A DNA stretch of 59,071 nucleotides from Clostridia bacterium (GTDB lineage Bacteria > Bacillota > Clostridia > Oscillospirales > Acutalibacteraceae): positions 1 to 59,071 of the forward strand of contig JAGBUU010000049.1 in assembly GCA_017630655.1 (NCBI GenBank), read 5' to 3'. The position numbers and the translations under genes were made by a program. Positions 36,969 to 48,502 of the stretch are shown one piece after another. A model generated the notes under the pieces. It was not told the origin of the DNA and searched no databases. It saw nothing but the letters and a program-made list of their open reading frames with translations. Position 1 is the first letter of the stretch, and each line of letters starts with the position of its first letter.

Positions 36969-37772
36969 CTATTGTTTTGTAATTAGTACGGTGTATTCAA
37001 TGTGGGTTTCGGTCTCTAACTGCTTTGTTGTGGCGTTCACTCCGCCGAGACGCATTGTATCCACCATTTTTGTAAGGCTATTTGCAAACAGCCTTACATC
37101 ACCTATCGCACATTTTCGAACCGGCTCGACCTTCTCTTTTTTGGGGGCAAGGAGCCTGTCTATATATTCTTCGGTTTCACTAAGGGTAAGTTGCTTTGCA
37201 ATAATATAGTCGAGCGCTTCTTGCCTATTTTCTTCGGCTATACGAAGCAGTGCTCTTGCGTGTCGCTCGGTGAGTCGGGCGGCTACTATACGCTGCCTTA
37301 ACTCTGTGTCTAATTTTAAAAGCCTTAATTTGTTTGAAAGGGTTGACTGTGCTACACCTATTTTTTCGGCTATGTCGCATTGAGAAAGCCCATATATTTT
37401 TATAAGGCGGTTTATGCCCTCTGCCTCTTCAAAAACCGTAAGGTCGCTTCTGAGTAGATTTTCAATAATTGTATAGCAGTCTGCCGTTAAATCATCGGCT
37501 CGCCTAATAATGCAAGGCACCTTTCTAAGCCCGGCCATTTTTGCGGCACGAAGCCGCCTTTCGCCCGCAATTAACTGATATTTTCCCGATTCAAAGCGGA
37601 CAATTAAGGGCTGCAGCACCCCGTTTTCCTTTATGCTGTCTTTAAGGCGTATAAGTTCGTACTCATCAAAGGTTTTTCTGGGCTGATTTTCGTTTGGTAT
37701 AATATCCTCTACCTTTAGATTTATTAACTTTCCGCTTATCACCTTTTTCACATCCTTTGCTGATAAAAGCAT
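36969..37772 (-). CDS. noc: ParB-family nucleoid occlusion protein (Noc-like)
   Basis: ParB box (LIAGERRLRAAK, ENLLRSDL) and a Noc-like C-terminus, directly downstream of rsmG. The start is ambiguous. ATG 37772 is chosen because the longer ORF-track start would be encoded by the terminator hairpin. Confidence 0.8.
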   Translation of the reverse strand: MLLSAKDVKKVISGKLINLKVEDIIPNENQPRKTFDEYELIRLKDSIKENGVLQPLIVRFESGKYQLIAGERRLRAAKMAGLRKVPCIIRRADDLTADCYTIIENLLRSDLTVFEEAEGINRLIKIYGLSQCDIAEKIGVAQSTLSNKLRLLKLDTELRQRIVAARLTERHARALLRIAEENRQEALDYIIAKQLTLSETEEYIDRLLAPKKEKVEPVRKCAIGDVRLFANSLTKMVDTMRLGGVNATTKQLETETHIEYTVLITKQ

Positions 37773-37819
37773 AACAGTTTGTCCATAAAAATTCCACCTT
37801 TTTCGGTCGGGCAAATTCG

Positions 37820-37861
37820 ACCCAAAACAAGAAAAACAACCGCCTTTAAAGCGGTTGTTTT
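37820..37861 (-). terminator. Terminator-like hairpin overlapping the rsmG stop codon
   Basis: 11-bp stem aaaacaaccgc / gcggttgtttt with the TAA in the loop, followed by a T-rich tract on the minus strand. Confidence 0.55.
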
Positions 37862-38541
37862 GCAATTTTTGCGGAAACTCTCGGATATTTTGGCGGAGTT
37901 TGCGAAATTTTTTTTGTTATTATAAAGGTTCTAACCTCTTCTCCCGTTAAGGTTTCACGCAAAATCTCAGGTTTAGCACCGCCAAGAAGCTTTCCTGCAG
38001 ACAGTGCTTCCTTGGCTTCCTCCTCAGCAGAGGGGCCCTTCATAGCACAGAAAACTCCACCAACCTTACAAAGAGGTAAACAGTACTCGTAAAGCAGGTT
38101 AAGCCTTGCAACAGCACGTGCCGTTACCAAATCAAAGTTTTCTCTGAAGTTTTGTTTTTTACCCGCTTCTTCGGCTCTAAGATGCACCGTTTCGACGTCG
38201 GTAAGACCTAAAGCGGCGGCAACCTCGTTTAAGAAAACAAGGCGTTTATTAAGTCCGTCAAGCAGGGTAAGTTTTATGTCGGGGCGGAAGATTTTAAGAA
38301 CAACGCCAGGGAATCCCGCACCGGTTCCAACGTCGATTACCTTTGCGTTTTCCTTTAAATCGACCTTGTCGAGTAGCAGGGCGCAGTCTAAAAAGTGTTT
38401 TATTACAATGCCCTCGGGGTCGGTAATTGCGGTAAGGTTAATCTTTTCGTTCCACTCTACTAAAAGTTGAGCATATTTATCTAATTTTTGAAGTGTTTCT
38501 TCATTATATGCTATCCCCTTTTCATCTAAAACGGGAAGCAT
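37846..38541 (-). CDS. rsmG: 16S rRNA (guanine527-N7)-methyltransferase
   Basis: GidB pattern (LLVEWNEKINLTAI, DVGTGAGFPG). Start set to ATG 38541 rather than the TTG at 38595. Confidence 0.92.
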   Translation of the reverse strand: MLPVLDEKGIAYNEETLQKLDKYAQLLVEWNEKINLTAITDPEGIVIKHFLDCALLLDKVDLKENAKVIDVGTGAGFPGVVLKIFRPDIKLTLLDGLNKRLVFLNEVAAALGLTDVETVHLRAEEAGKKQNFRENFDLVTARAVARLNLLYEYCLPLCKVGGVFCAMKGPSAEEEAKEALSAGKLLGGAKPEILRETLTGEEVRTFIITKKISQTPPKYPRVSAKIAKQPL

Positions 38542-38558
38542 TAAATCAAGCGGATAAA

Positions 38559-40439
38559 TCAACTGTTTTTCTCCATTCTTCTTTTTTGTGCCCAAATGCT
38601 AAGCACCGATATATCAGATGGGCTAACCCCCGAAATGCGTGATGCCTGACCAATGTTTTCGGGGCGAACGCGGTTAAGCTTTTCTCTGGCCTCAAGACGC
38701 AAGCCCTCAACCTCTGTATAATCGACATCCAACGGCAGTCTGCGGTTTTCGAGTTTGAGCATATCCTCAACCTGAGATTTTTGCCTTGCGATATAGCCTT
38801 CATATTTTATTTCGGTTTCGACCTTCATTGCCGTTTCAAAGGGCAGCTCGGGTCGGCTCGCATCAAACTCGGCAAGGTCAAAGTAGGAAACCTCGGGCCG
38901 CTTTATTAGCTCTGCCATTTTTATACCCGTTGACAAGGGTGTTGTGCCGAGCTCTTCAAGTTTTTTGTTTAATGCCTCATTTGGCGAAAGTGTTAGTTTT
39001 CTTACCCTTTCGATTTCATTTTCTTTATCAGTTTTACGGTTTTGGAATTTATTATATGTATCTTCATCTATAAGCCCGATTTCAAAGCCAATCGGCATAA
39101 GTCGCTCATCGGCATTGTCCTGACGGAGAAGTAGACGATACTCGCTGCGGGAGGTCATCATACGGTAAGGGTCTGCGCAACCTTTGGTTACAAGGTCATC
39201 GATAAGGGTTCCGATATACGAAGATGAACGGGAAAGCACTAACGGCTCGAGTCCCAGATTTTTTCTTGCGGCGTTTATTCCCGCAACAAGACCCTGTGCC
39301 GCCGCCTCCTCGTAGCCCGAAGAACCGTTAAACTGACCTGCGCCGAAAAGTCCCGAATGCTCCTTAAATTCCAAGGATGCACTAAGGCAAACAGGGTCGA
39401 TACAATCATACTCAATAGCGTAGGCATTGCGCATAATTTGTACATTTTCGAGGCCCTTAATTGAATGATAAATCTGAATTTGCACCTCTTCGGGAAGAGA
39501 GGAGGACATACCCTGAAGGTACATTTCCTCGGTATCTGCTCCGCAAGGCTCAATAAAGAGCTGATGACGTTTTTTATCGGCAAAACGCATTATTTTGTCC
39601 TCAATTGAGGGGCAATAACGGGGACCCACGCCCTCAATTACGCCCGAATAAAGCGGAGAGCGGTGGATATTATCCAAAATAACCTGTTTGGTATCATCAT
39701 TTGTATAACTGATGTGGCAAACCACAGTGTTTTGGGGAGACTTTTCGGTTTTATAGGAGAAAGGAATTATTCTTTCATCACCCTCTTGCACCTCTAAAAC
39801 ATCAAAATTTATAGAAGATTTAAGCACTCTCGCAGGTGTTCCTGTTTTAAAGCGGCGAAGAGGTATGCCTAGTTTTATAAGCGAATCGGTAAGTCCTTCT
39901 GCCGAGAACATGCCGTCGGGTCCAGAACTGTAGTTTACCTCGCCGACAAATATTTTGCCGCCAAGGAAGGTGCCTGTTGCCAATATTACGGTTTTGCAGA
40001 CAAACTCTGCGCCAAGCTTTGTTATACAGTGCCAACCATCTTCACAGTTTAAAAGCTCGGTTACTTCTGCTTGTTTTAAAATTAAGTTTTCCTGAAGCTC
40101 TACCGTGTGCTTCATAAGGGCGGTATACGCCTTGCGGTCTATTTGGGCGCGAAGAGAGTGCACCGCAGGGCCTTTGCCTAAATTCAGCATTCGGCTTTGC
40201 AGAGTGGTTTTATCGGCGGCTACACCCATTTCTCCTCCCAGGGCATCTATCTCTCGAACGAGATGTCCCTTTGCGGTGCCACCTATAGAGGGGTTGCATG
40301 GCATATTTCCGACCGAGTCGAGATTTATACAAAACATTACCGTTTTTTGATTTAGTCTTGCGGCGGCGAGTGCGGCTTCAATACCCGCGTGACCCGCACC
40401 GATTACGGCAACATCAAAATTACCCGCAAAATAATTCAA
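38559..40439 (-). CDS. mnmG: tRNA uridine 5-carboxymethylaminomethyl modification enzyme MnmG
   Basis: 626 aa. FAD motif DVAVIGAGHAGIEAA. Confidence 0.97.
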   Translation of the reverse strand: MNYFAGNFDVAVIGAGHAGIEAALAAARLNQKTVMFCINLDSVGNMPCNPSIGGTAKGHLVREIDALGGEMGVAADKTTLQSRMLNLGKGPAVHSLRAQIDRKAYTALMKHTVELQENLILKQAEVTELLNCEDGWHCITKLGAEFVCKTVILATGTFLGGKIFVGEVNYSSGPDGMFSAEGLTDSLIKLGIPLRRFKTGTPARVLKSSINFDVLEVQEGDERIIPFSYKTEKSPQNTVVCHISYTNDDTKQVILDNIHRSPLYSGVIEGVGPRYCPSIEDKIMRFADKKRHQLFIEPCGADTEEMYLQGMSSSLPEEVQIQIYHSIKGLENVQIMRNAYAIEYDCIDPVCLSASLEFKEHSGLFGAGQFNGSSGYEEAAAQGLVAGINAARKNLGLEPLVLSRSSSYIGTLIDDLVTKGCADPYRMMTSRSEYRLLLRQDNADERLMPIGFEIGLIDEDTYNKFQNRKTDKENEIERVRKLTLSPNEALNKKLEELGTTPLSTGIKMAELIKRPEVSYFDLAEFDASRPELPFETAMKVETEIKYEGYIARQKSQVEDMLKLENRRLPLDVDYTEVEGLRLEAREKLNRVRPENIGQASRISGVSPSDISVLSIWAQKRRMEKNS

Positions 40440-40458
40440 AATACTCTTATTCCTTTCC

Positions 40459-41829
40459 TTACTTGCCTACGCAAAATCTTCTAAATACTTCGTCGGCAAC
40501 TTCGTTTGTTACTCTTTTTCCGCTGAGTGTATAAAGCACTGTGAGTGCCTCTTCCACGCAGACCTCAACGGCATCTATTGTAAAGCCGCCAAGTAGCATA
40601 TTCTTAGCCTCTTTTACTGCGTTATAAGCCTTAGATACAAGGTCGTGCTGACGCTCGCTGAGCAGTAGGGCGGCGGCAGGGTCAATACTATCGGCTGTTG
40701 TTATTTGCCTGATTGCCGTTTTAAGCTCCTCTTCACCCTCGCTATTTTTAGCAGAAATAAATACCGTATTGAAGCCACCAAAAAGGTCTTCTGTGAGGCG
40801 TCTTTCTTTATCGGTTTTATTTAAAACTATTATGGTATTATCTTTTTGTAAAAGGGATAAAATTTCTTTATCGTTATTATCAAGTTCCTCTGAACAGTCA
40901 AAAACAGCAAGAACAAGCTGTGCCGAGTTTAATCTTTCCCTTGCAAGCTCTACGCCAACCCCTTCTACAGCATCACTCGTTTGTCTGATACCCGCGGTAT
41001 CTGCAAGAATAAGATTAAGCCCTGCAAAATTTACCTCATTCTCAATTACGTCACGGGTTGTACCCGCAATATTGGTAACAATAGAACGATTTTCACGGGA
41101 TAGCATATTCATAAGGGTGGATTTTCCAACGTTAGGCTTGCCGACAATGGCTACGCTAACACCCTCCTTTAATATTTTTCCTGAATCAAAGGAGATGAGC
41201 AGTTTATAAAGCCCGTCCTCCGCCAAGCTTATAAGCCGTGAAAAGTTATCCTGACTAAGCTCGGGCAGGTCTTCATCGGGGTAGTCGCTATATGCGGCAA
41301 AATCTGCCGATAATTCTAAAAGAGCCGCCTCAATTTTTTCAATCTCTTCGCTTACCTTGCCTCTTTTAAGGCTTAACTGAGCACGAAGCTCCTCTTTACT
41401 TTTAGCAGAAATAAGCCCCATTACACCTTCGGCTTTTATAAGGTCCAATTTGCCGTTTAAAAAGGCACGTTTGGTGAATTCTCCGGGGGCGGCCATCTCT
41501 GCTCCCGCCGATAAAACTGCACGCAGTACGGCAGAGGTGACATATCTGCCACCGTGACAGGATATTTCACAAACATTTTCGCCCGTATAGCTTTTTGGCT
41601 CTAAAAAAACGGTTGCAACCGCTTCATCTATTAGTTCTTCTTTATCATAAACATATCCAAAGACGGCAGAATAGCCTGAAAGGGTTGTCAAAGGTGAGCC
41701 CGATGCCGATTTGAACACCTTTTCGGCAATTATTATGGCATCTTTGCCCGAAATTCTTATAACACCTATTCCACCCTCACCCGAAGGGGTAGATATTGCG
41801 GCAACTGTTTTTTCGCTCAACACTTTCAC
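40459..41829 (-). CDS. mnmE: tRNA modification GTPase MnmE
   Basis: 456 aa. G-domain GKPNVGKST / DTAGIR and C-terminal CVGK. Confidence 0.97.
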   Translation of the reverse strand: MKVLSEKTVAAISTPSGEGGIGVIRISGKDAIIIAEKVFKSASGSPLTTLSGYSAVFGYVYDKEELIDEAVATVFLEPKSYTGENVCEISCHGGRYVTSAVLRAVLSAGAEMAAPGEFTKRAFLNGKLDLIKAEGVMGLISAKSKEELRAQLSLKRGKVSEEIEKIEAALLELSADFAAYSDYPDEDLPELSQDNFSRLISLAEDGLYKLLISFDSGKILKEGVSVAIVGKPNVGKSTLMNMLSRENRSIVTNIAGTTRDVIENEVNFAGLNLILADTAGIRQTSDAVEGVGVELARERLNSAQLVLAVFDCSEELDNNDKEILSLLQKDNTIIVLNKTDKERRLTEDLFGGFNTVFISAKNSEGEEELKTAIRQITTADSIDPAAALLLSERQHDLVSKAYNAVKEAKNMLLGGFTIDAVEVCVEEALTVLYTLSGKRVTNEVADEVFRRFCVGK

Positions 41830-41897
41830 CTCGCACTATTTCTAATTTATTATTGTAACATAATTATTTTACATTATCAATATATTTAATAGCCGAT

Positions 41898-41936
41898 AAT
41901 ATGCGGTTGACTTTGAGGCGCATATTGTATTATAAT
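41898..41936 (+). promoter_or_regulatory. Promoter of the DUF47-PiT operon, with an 8-bp inverted repeat bracketing the -35
   Basis: TTGACT (41907-41912), 18 nt, TATAAT (41931-41936). Inverted repeat AATATGCG (41898-41905) / CGCATATT (41919-41926). Confidence 0.5.
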
Positions 41937-41972
41937 ATTATATTATTAATGTTGGACTAAAGGAGATTTAAT

Positions 41973-42632
41973 ATGTTTACCAAAAGCACAAAAACCAACA
42001 CCGTTCACATTCTTTTATTAGAGCAGCTCCGTGATGTTGAAAGCTGTCTTCTCTATTTTGAAAGCTTCATGCGTGCCGCTTGTATCCAAGAAACTGCACA
42101 CGAGACCCTTAAAGGCCTTGGTGCCAACGTAGGTGAGGCTGAAGCAAAGGCTGATATTTCGCTTCGCAAGATGATAGATTCTCTTCAGGGCCAGTCCTAT
42201 CTCCCCTCAACCAGAGAGGATATTATATCGGTTGCAACCTCTTGCGATAAAATTGCAAACAAATGTGAAGGTATTGCAAACCATGTTGTATATCAGCGTT
42301 TTTCCTTCCCCTCACAGTTTTCGGAAGATTTGCTAAAGATTGTATCCATCACACATAATCAGTTTGAAGTTTTAGAAAGCTCTATTACTAAACTCTTTAC
42401 GAACTTTGGAGAATTTCTTCGCGACCACTCTATTCTCGATGAAATCCGCAACTTCGAATCTCAGGTAGATAGAATTGAGCATAAACTCAACGAAGAAATA
42501 TACGCACTTGATATAGAACTTGCCGCACGTATGCAGCTTGCAAAGCACGTTGAATCTCTTTGTGATATTTCCGACACAATTGAAAATATTGCTGATAAAA
42601 TGCAGATTATGCTTATAACCAGAAAGGCGTAA
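41973..42632 (+). CDS. DUF47 family (PhoU-like) phosphate-transport accessory protein
   Basis: 219 aa helical protein immediately upstream of a PiT transporter, which is the usual pairing. Confidence 0.8.
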   Translation: MFTKSTKTNTVHILLLEQLRDVESCLLYFESFMRAACIQETAHETLKGLGANVGEAEAKADISLRKMIDSLQGQSYLPSTREDIISVATSCDKIANKCEGIANHVVYQRFSFPSQFSEDLLKIVSITHNQFEVLESSITKLFTNFGEFLRDHSILDEIRNFESQVDRIEHKLNEEIYALDIELAARMQLAKHVESLCDISDTIENIADKMQIMLITRKA

Positions 42633-42638
42633 AATAAA

Positions 42639-43712
42639 ATGATATATTTATTACTTGCAGCGGGGCTCTTTATGGGCTGGTCGCTTGGTACCAACGATGC
42701 TGCAAACGCCTTTGGTACAGCGGTTGCCACCCGCGTTATAAAGTATCGCACAGCTATTATAATCATTGCCGTTTGCGTAATTATAGGCTCATTTGTCGGC
42801 GGTGCAAATAATATTGGCGAGGTTGCAAAGCTTGCCACCAGTAACGAGGTTATTGCATCTACAGACGTTGTAACCGACGCCATAGAGTCGGGTATGGTTC
42901 CTATGCTTAAACTTAAGTCGGCACTTAAAGCAGCAATAATATTTGTCTGTGCAGGCCTTACCGTTTTTGGCATGAGTTATTTTAAATTTCCTGTTTCGGC
43001 AAACCAGTCAATTACAGGAGCAATTATCGGTTGGGGTCTTTACTATGCCGATTATTCTAACCCGGAAATTCTTAGCGTAAATCTGCCCCAAATCGGCAAA
43101 TTTGCTGCAACCTGGGTGCTCAACCCCTTAGGTGCCGGAATTATTTCCTTTATTCTTGTAAAAACTGTTGGCCAACTTTTAGAAAAGAAACTTTCAACTC
43201 TTGGAGGCTATGATACACTTATTAAAACCGGATATATTATCGCAGGTATTTTAGGTTCATACAGTATTGGTGTTAACTCTTCAGCTAACGTTACAGCCCT
43301 TTATTTTGACTATGCTTATAGTGAAACAGGCGTTGCCGCAAACCTACTTACCAACCCTGTAATTACTGCAGGTATAGGCGGTATTGCAATTGCACTTGGT
43401 GTTCTTACATATTCTAAAAAGGTTATGATGACTGTTGGTGGAAGCATTGCCGATATTACACAGATGGATGGCTTTCTTGTAATTATTGCTATGGCTTTAA
43501 CCGTAGTTCTTATGGGCAATCTTATGGGAATTCCCGTTTCAACCTCTCAGGCTGTTGTAGGCGCTGTTGTGGGTGCAGGGCTTACCCGTGGAGTTAAGCA
43601 GGTTAATTTCGGTGTGTTTAAATCTATCGGTCTTGCCTGGATTGGCTCACCCACTATTGCAGGTGTTCTTGCCTACGCAGTTGCATTTTTAACACAAGGT
43701 TTCTTTGGATAA
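42639..43712 (+). CDS. Inorganic phosphate transporter, PiT family
   Basis: 357 aa. PHO4 signature GTNDAANAFGTAV. Confidence 0.92.
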   Translation: MIYLLLAAGLFMGWSLGTNDAANAFGTAVATRVIKYRTAIIIIAVCVIIGSFVGGANNIGEVAKLATSNEVIASTDVVTDAIESGMVPMLKLKSALKAAIIFVCAGLTVFGMSYFKFPVSANQSITGAIIGWGLYYADYSNPEILSVNLPQIGKFAATWVLNPLGAGIISFILVKTVGQLLEKKLSTLGGYDTLIKTGYIIAGILGSYSIGVNSSANVTALYFDYAYSETGVAANLLTNPVITAGIGGIAIALGVLTYSKKVMMTVGGSIADITQMDGFLVIIAMALTVVLMGNLMGIPVSTSQAVVGAVVGAGLTRGVKQVNFGVFKSIGLAWIGSPTIAGVLAYAVAFLTQGFFG

Positions 43713-43733
43713 AACAAAAAGGAGGATAGCTGA

Positions 43734-44552
43734 ATGCTAACCGAACACGGAATACATAAGGCAGCATCTGATATACTACCTCTTTTCGATATAGCTTTTT
43801 CTTCTCTTCAAAAAAACGTGACCTCTCCGATATCCTTTAGAGCTTCTGAATACTTGTTTTTGTATCTGTTAAAGGGCAACGGAAAGTTATCTCTTTATAA
43901 TAAGTCATATAGCATATCCTCAGGAGATTTTATAATTTGCCGCCCCTTTGAAAGCAAAATCTTTTACCCCGAAAATTCGGAAGAGACAGACTTTTATGCT
44001 ATCTCTTTTCAAGGCAGATACGCAACCGACCTTTTATCTAACCTTAACCTTATTCCCAAGAAGAATTATTTTGTGGGACGTGATGCTGAAATTATTTCGG
44101 TGCTGGATAAAATTTTAGAGGAAACCGAAAGAAACGAAGCCTCTGCGAAGCTTATTGGTTCTTCCCTTTTTATTGCAATCCTAGGTTCGCTTTCACGCCT
44201 TGCTGTTTCTGCTTATCCACGATCCACCGAAAAGGAATTTGAAAAAATAGCTCCTGCTCTTTCTTCCATAAATTCTGACTGTACAAGTACAATAAGCGTT
44301 GATGACTACGCAAAAATGTGTAACCTTTCAACCTCATATTTCACTCACCTTTTCACCAAGGTTACAGGCTTTTCTCCTATGGAGTATAAGCAACTTCAAA
44401 GAATGAGCGTTGCTAAGAATCTGCTTTCTACCACGACAATGACCATAAAGGAAATTTCAAACATTGTCGGTTTTAAAGACCCACTATATTTTGGCAGATG
44501 CTTCAAGCAGGCAACAGGGCAAACTCCTTCGGGATATAGAAATAAAAAATAA
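43734..44552 (+). CDS. AraC family transcriptional regulator
   Basis: 272 aa. Cupin-like N-terminus and C-terminal HTH_AraC. Confidence 0.88.
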   Translation: MLTEHGIHKAASDILPLFDIAFSSLQKNVTSPISFRASEYLFLYLLKGNGKLSLYNKSYSISSGDFIICRPFESKIFYPENSEETDFYAISFQGRYATDLLSNLNLIPKKNYFVGRDAEIISVLDKILEETERNEASAKLIGSSLFIAILGSLSRLAVSAYPRSTEKEFEKIAPALSSINSDCTSTISVDDYAKMCNLSTSYFTHLFTKVTGFSPMEYKQLQRMSVAKNLLSTTTMTIKEISNIVGFKDPLYFGRCFKQATGQTPSGYRNKK

Positions 44553-44553
44553 G

Positions 44554-44584
44554 AAAAACCCCTCAGAAAATTCTGAGGGGTTTA
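44554..44584. terminator. Bidirectional terminator (AraC gene / PHP gene)
   Basis: 10-bp stem cccctcagaa / ttctgagggg with a flanking A-run and T-run. Confidence 0.85.
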
Positions 44585-44593
44585 TTACTTTCG

Positions 44594-45508
44594 TTAGAGA
44601 GCCGCAATGATTTTTGCGCGCTCTTCCTTATTAATTTTACGTTCTTTAAGCTCTCTAAAGTGCATTTCTGTGTTTCCGGTTGACATATCGGGAATATAGA
44701 AGGGGCACTCTTCGGGTTTTTCAAAGGATGCGTACAATCCGCCGCAAAGACCCGAGTGATCGCAGCCGCCGGAAACGAAAAGGTCGTTATCCAAGGCAAT
44801 TTTGTATGCCTTTGCTCTTTCTTCCTCGTCGAGTTCGGGATGCCAAACCTCGAGTCCGTCAGCACCAAGCTTTACAAGTTCTTCAATAAGGTGAAGTCTG
44901 TTGTGAGGATGGGCTATAAGAAGAATTCCTCCGGCTCTATGTACAAGGTCTATAAGTTCCTTTATATCTAAGAACTTGTAAGGAGGTTCTACCTCAAAAC
45001 GACGGTCGCCAAAATATGCATCAAAGAAGGGCTGATAATCAAGGTCTGTAACAAGTCCCTTTGCCTTCATTGCACGGAAAAGATGCTCGTTACAAAGCCA
45101 AGTGATAGCTCCGTTATATTCTAAAACCTCGTCCCATGTAATATCTAAAAGACCGCCCTCACTTTGTGCTCTGTCAAAGCAGTGCTTGGTCTGTTCGGTT
45201 TCATTAACAGATAGTCTTCTTAAATATTCCTTCATTTCGGGATATTCGGGGTCAAAATCGAAGGCAACGGTATGAAAGCTGCCGCCACCTAGAAGGTCAG
45301 ATGTTGCAGTAAATTCTACGCCGAAGATGCAGTCTAACCCTTGCTTTTCGCATTCTGCCTTTAAAAACGGATAGGCAGTTGCTGTGTCGTGGTCGGTAAT
45401 AGCGAGTGCTTTATAACCCTCATCTTTTGCGACCTTAACGAGTTCCTCGGGAGAATATTTACCGTCGGAATGGGTTGAATGAGTATGCAGGTTTGCGTAA
45501 AATTCCAT
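44594..45508 (-). CDS. PHP domain metal-dependent phosphoesterase
   Basis: 304 aa. N-terminus NLHTHSTHSDG and ITDHD. Confidence 0.85.
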   Translation of the reverse strand: MEFYANLHTHSTHSDGKYSPEELVKVAKDEGYKALAITDHDTATAYPFLKAECEKQGLDCIFGVEFTATSDLLGGGSFHTVAFDFDPEYPEMKEYLRRLSVNETEQTKHCFDRAQSEGGLLDITWDEVLEYNGAITWLCNEHLFRAMKAKGLVTDLDYQPFFDAYFGDRRFEVEPPYKFLDIKELIDLVHRAGGILLIAHPHNRLHLIEELVKLGADGLEVWHPELDEEERAKAYKIALDNDLFVSGGCDHSGLCGGLYASFEKPEECPFYIPDMSTGNTEMHFRELKERKINKEERAKIIAAL

Positions 45509-45525
45509 AATTGTCTCTCCTTAAA

Positions 45526-47659
<2,134 letters not shown>

Positions 47660-47664
47660 AAGGC

Positions 47665-48438
47665 TTAACCCCCGTTTCTTTTAATAAATTCGGCAGCAAG
47701 ATTATCGTAAGCAATGCCGCCCTTGTTTCTTGGGTCGTAATACTGAATAGGTTTACCGTGGCTTGGTGCCTCGGAAAGCCTTACCGCACGAGGTATGGTT
47801 GTAGAGAAGAGTTCCCTTGGAAAGAACTTTTTAACCTCGCTTACCACCTGCTGTGTAAGGTTTAATCTTCCGTCGAACATTGTAAGCACAATTCCCTCTA
47901 TCTCAATGCCCGGATTGAACAGTCTTTTTACCTGACGTACTGTGCCAATAAGCTGGGATAACCCTTCAAGTGCAAAATATTCACACTGAATGGGAACAAG
48001 CACGGTATCTGACGCACAGAGAGAGTTTATTGTTATGAGTCCGAGAGAGGGCGGACAATCAATAAAAATAAAATCGTAATCTGCCTTAATATGACAAAGG
48101 GCGGATTTTAGTTGTGCCTCACGATTGTTTATTGAAATAAGTTCCACCTCTGCACCAGCAAGGTTCATATTACATGGTATGATATCTACACCCGAAAAAT
48201 CAGTGCTTATAATTGCACTTTCTGCCTTAGCCTTGCCTATAAGAAGGTCGTAAACAGAAACGCCGAGCTTTCGTTTATCGATACCGTAGGCCGAGGTGGT
48301 GTTACCTTGAGGGTCAGCATCAACAACAAGAACCTTTTTGCCCCTTTTGCCTATTCCGGCAGCAAGGTTTACAGCGGTAGTGGTTTTGCCTACTCCACCC
48401 TTTTGGTTTACAACCGAAATTATCTTACCCACGGACAT
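47665..48438 (-). CDS. parA: Chromosome partitioning ATPase ParA/Soj
   Basis: 257 aa. Deviant Walker A NQKGGVGKTT. Confidence 0.96.
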   Translation of the reverse strand: MSVGKIISVVNQKGGVGKTTTAVNLAAGIGKRGKKVLVVDADPQGNTTSAYGIDKRKLGVSVYDLLIGKAKAESAIISTDFSGVDIIPCNMNLAGAEVELISINNREAQLKSALCHIKADYDFIFIDCPPSLGLITINSLCASDTVLVPIQCEYFALEGLSQLIGTVRQVKRLFNPGIEIEGIVLTMFDGRLNLTQQVVSEVKKFFPRELFSTTIPRAVRLSEAPSHGKPIQYYDPRNKGGIAYDNLAAEFIKRNGG

Positions 48439-48467
48439 ACCTCCTTTAATATATTAATATATTGGTT

Positions 48468-48496
48468 ATTATATCAAACCGAAATCTAAAAATCAA
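48468..48496 (-). promoter_or_regulatory. sigma-A consensus promoter for parA-parB-serS
   Basis: Minus strand reads TTGATT, 17 nt, TATAAT. Confidence 0.6.
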
Positions 48497-48502
48497 CAAT
48501 AT

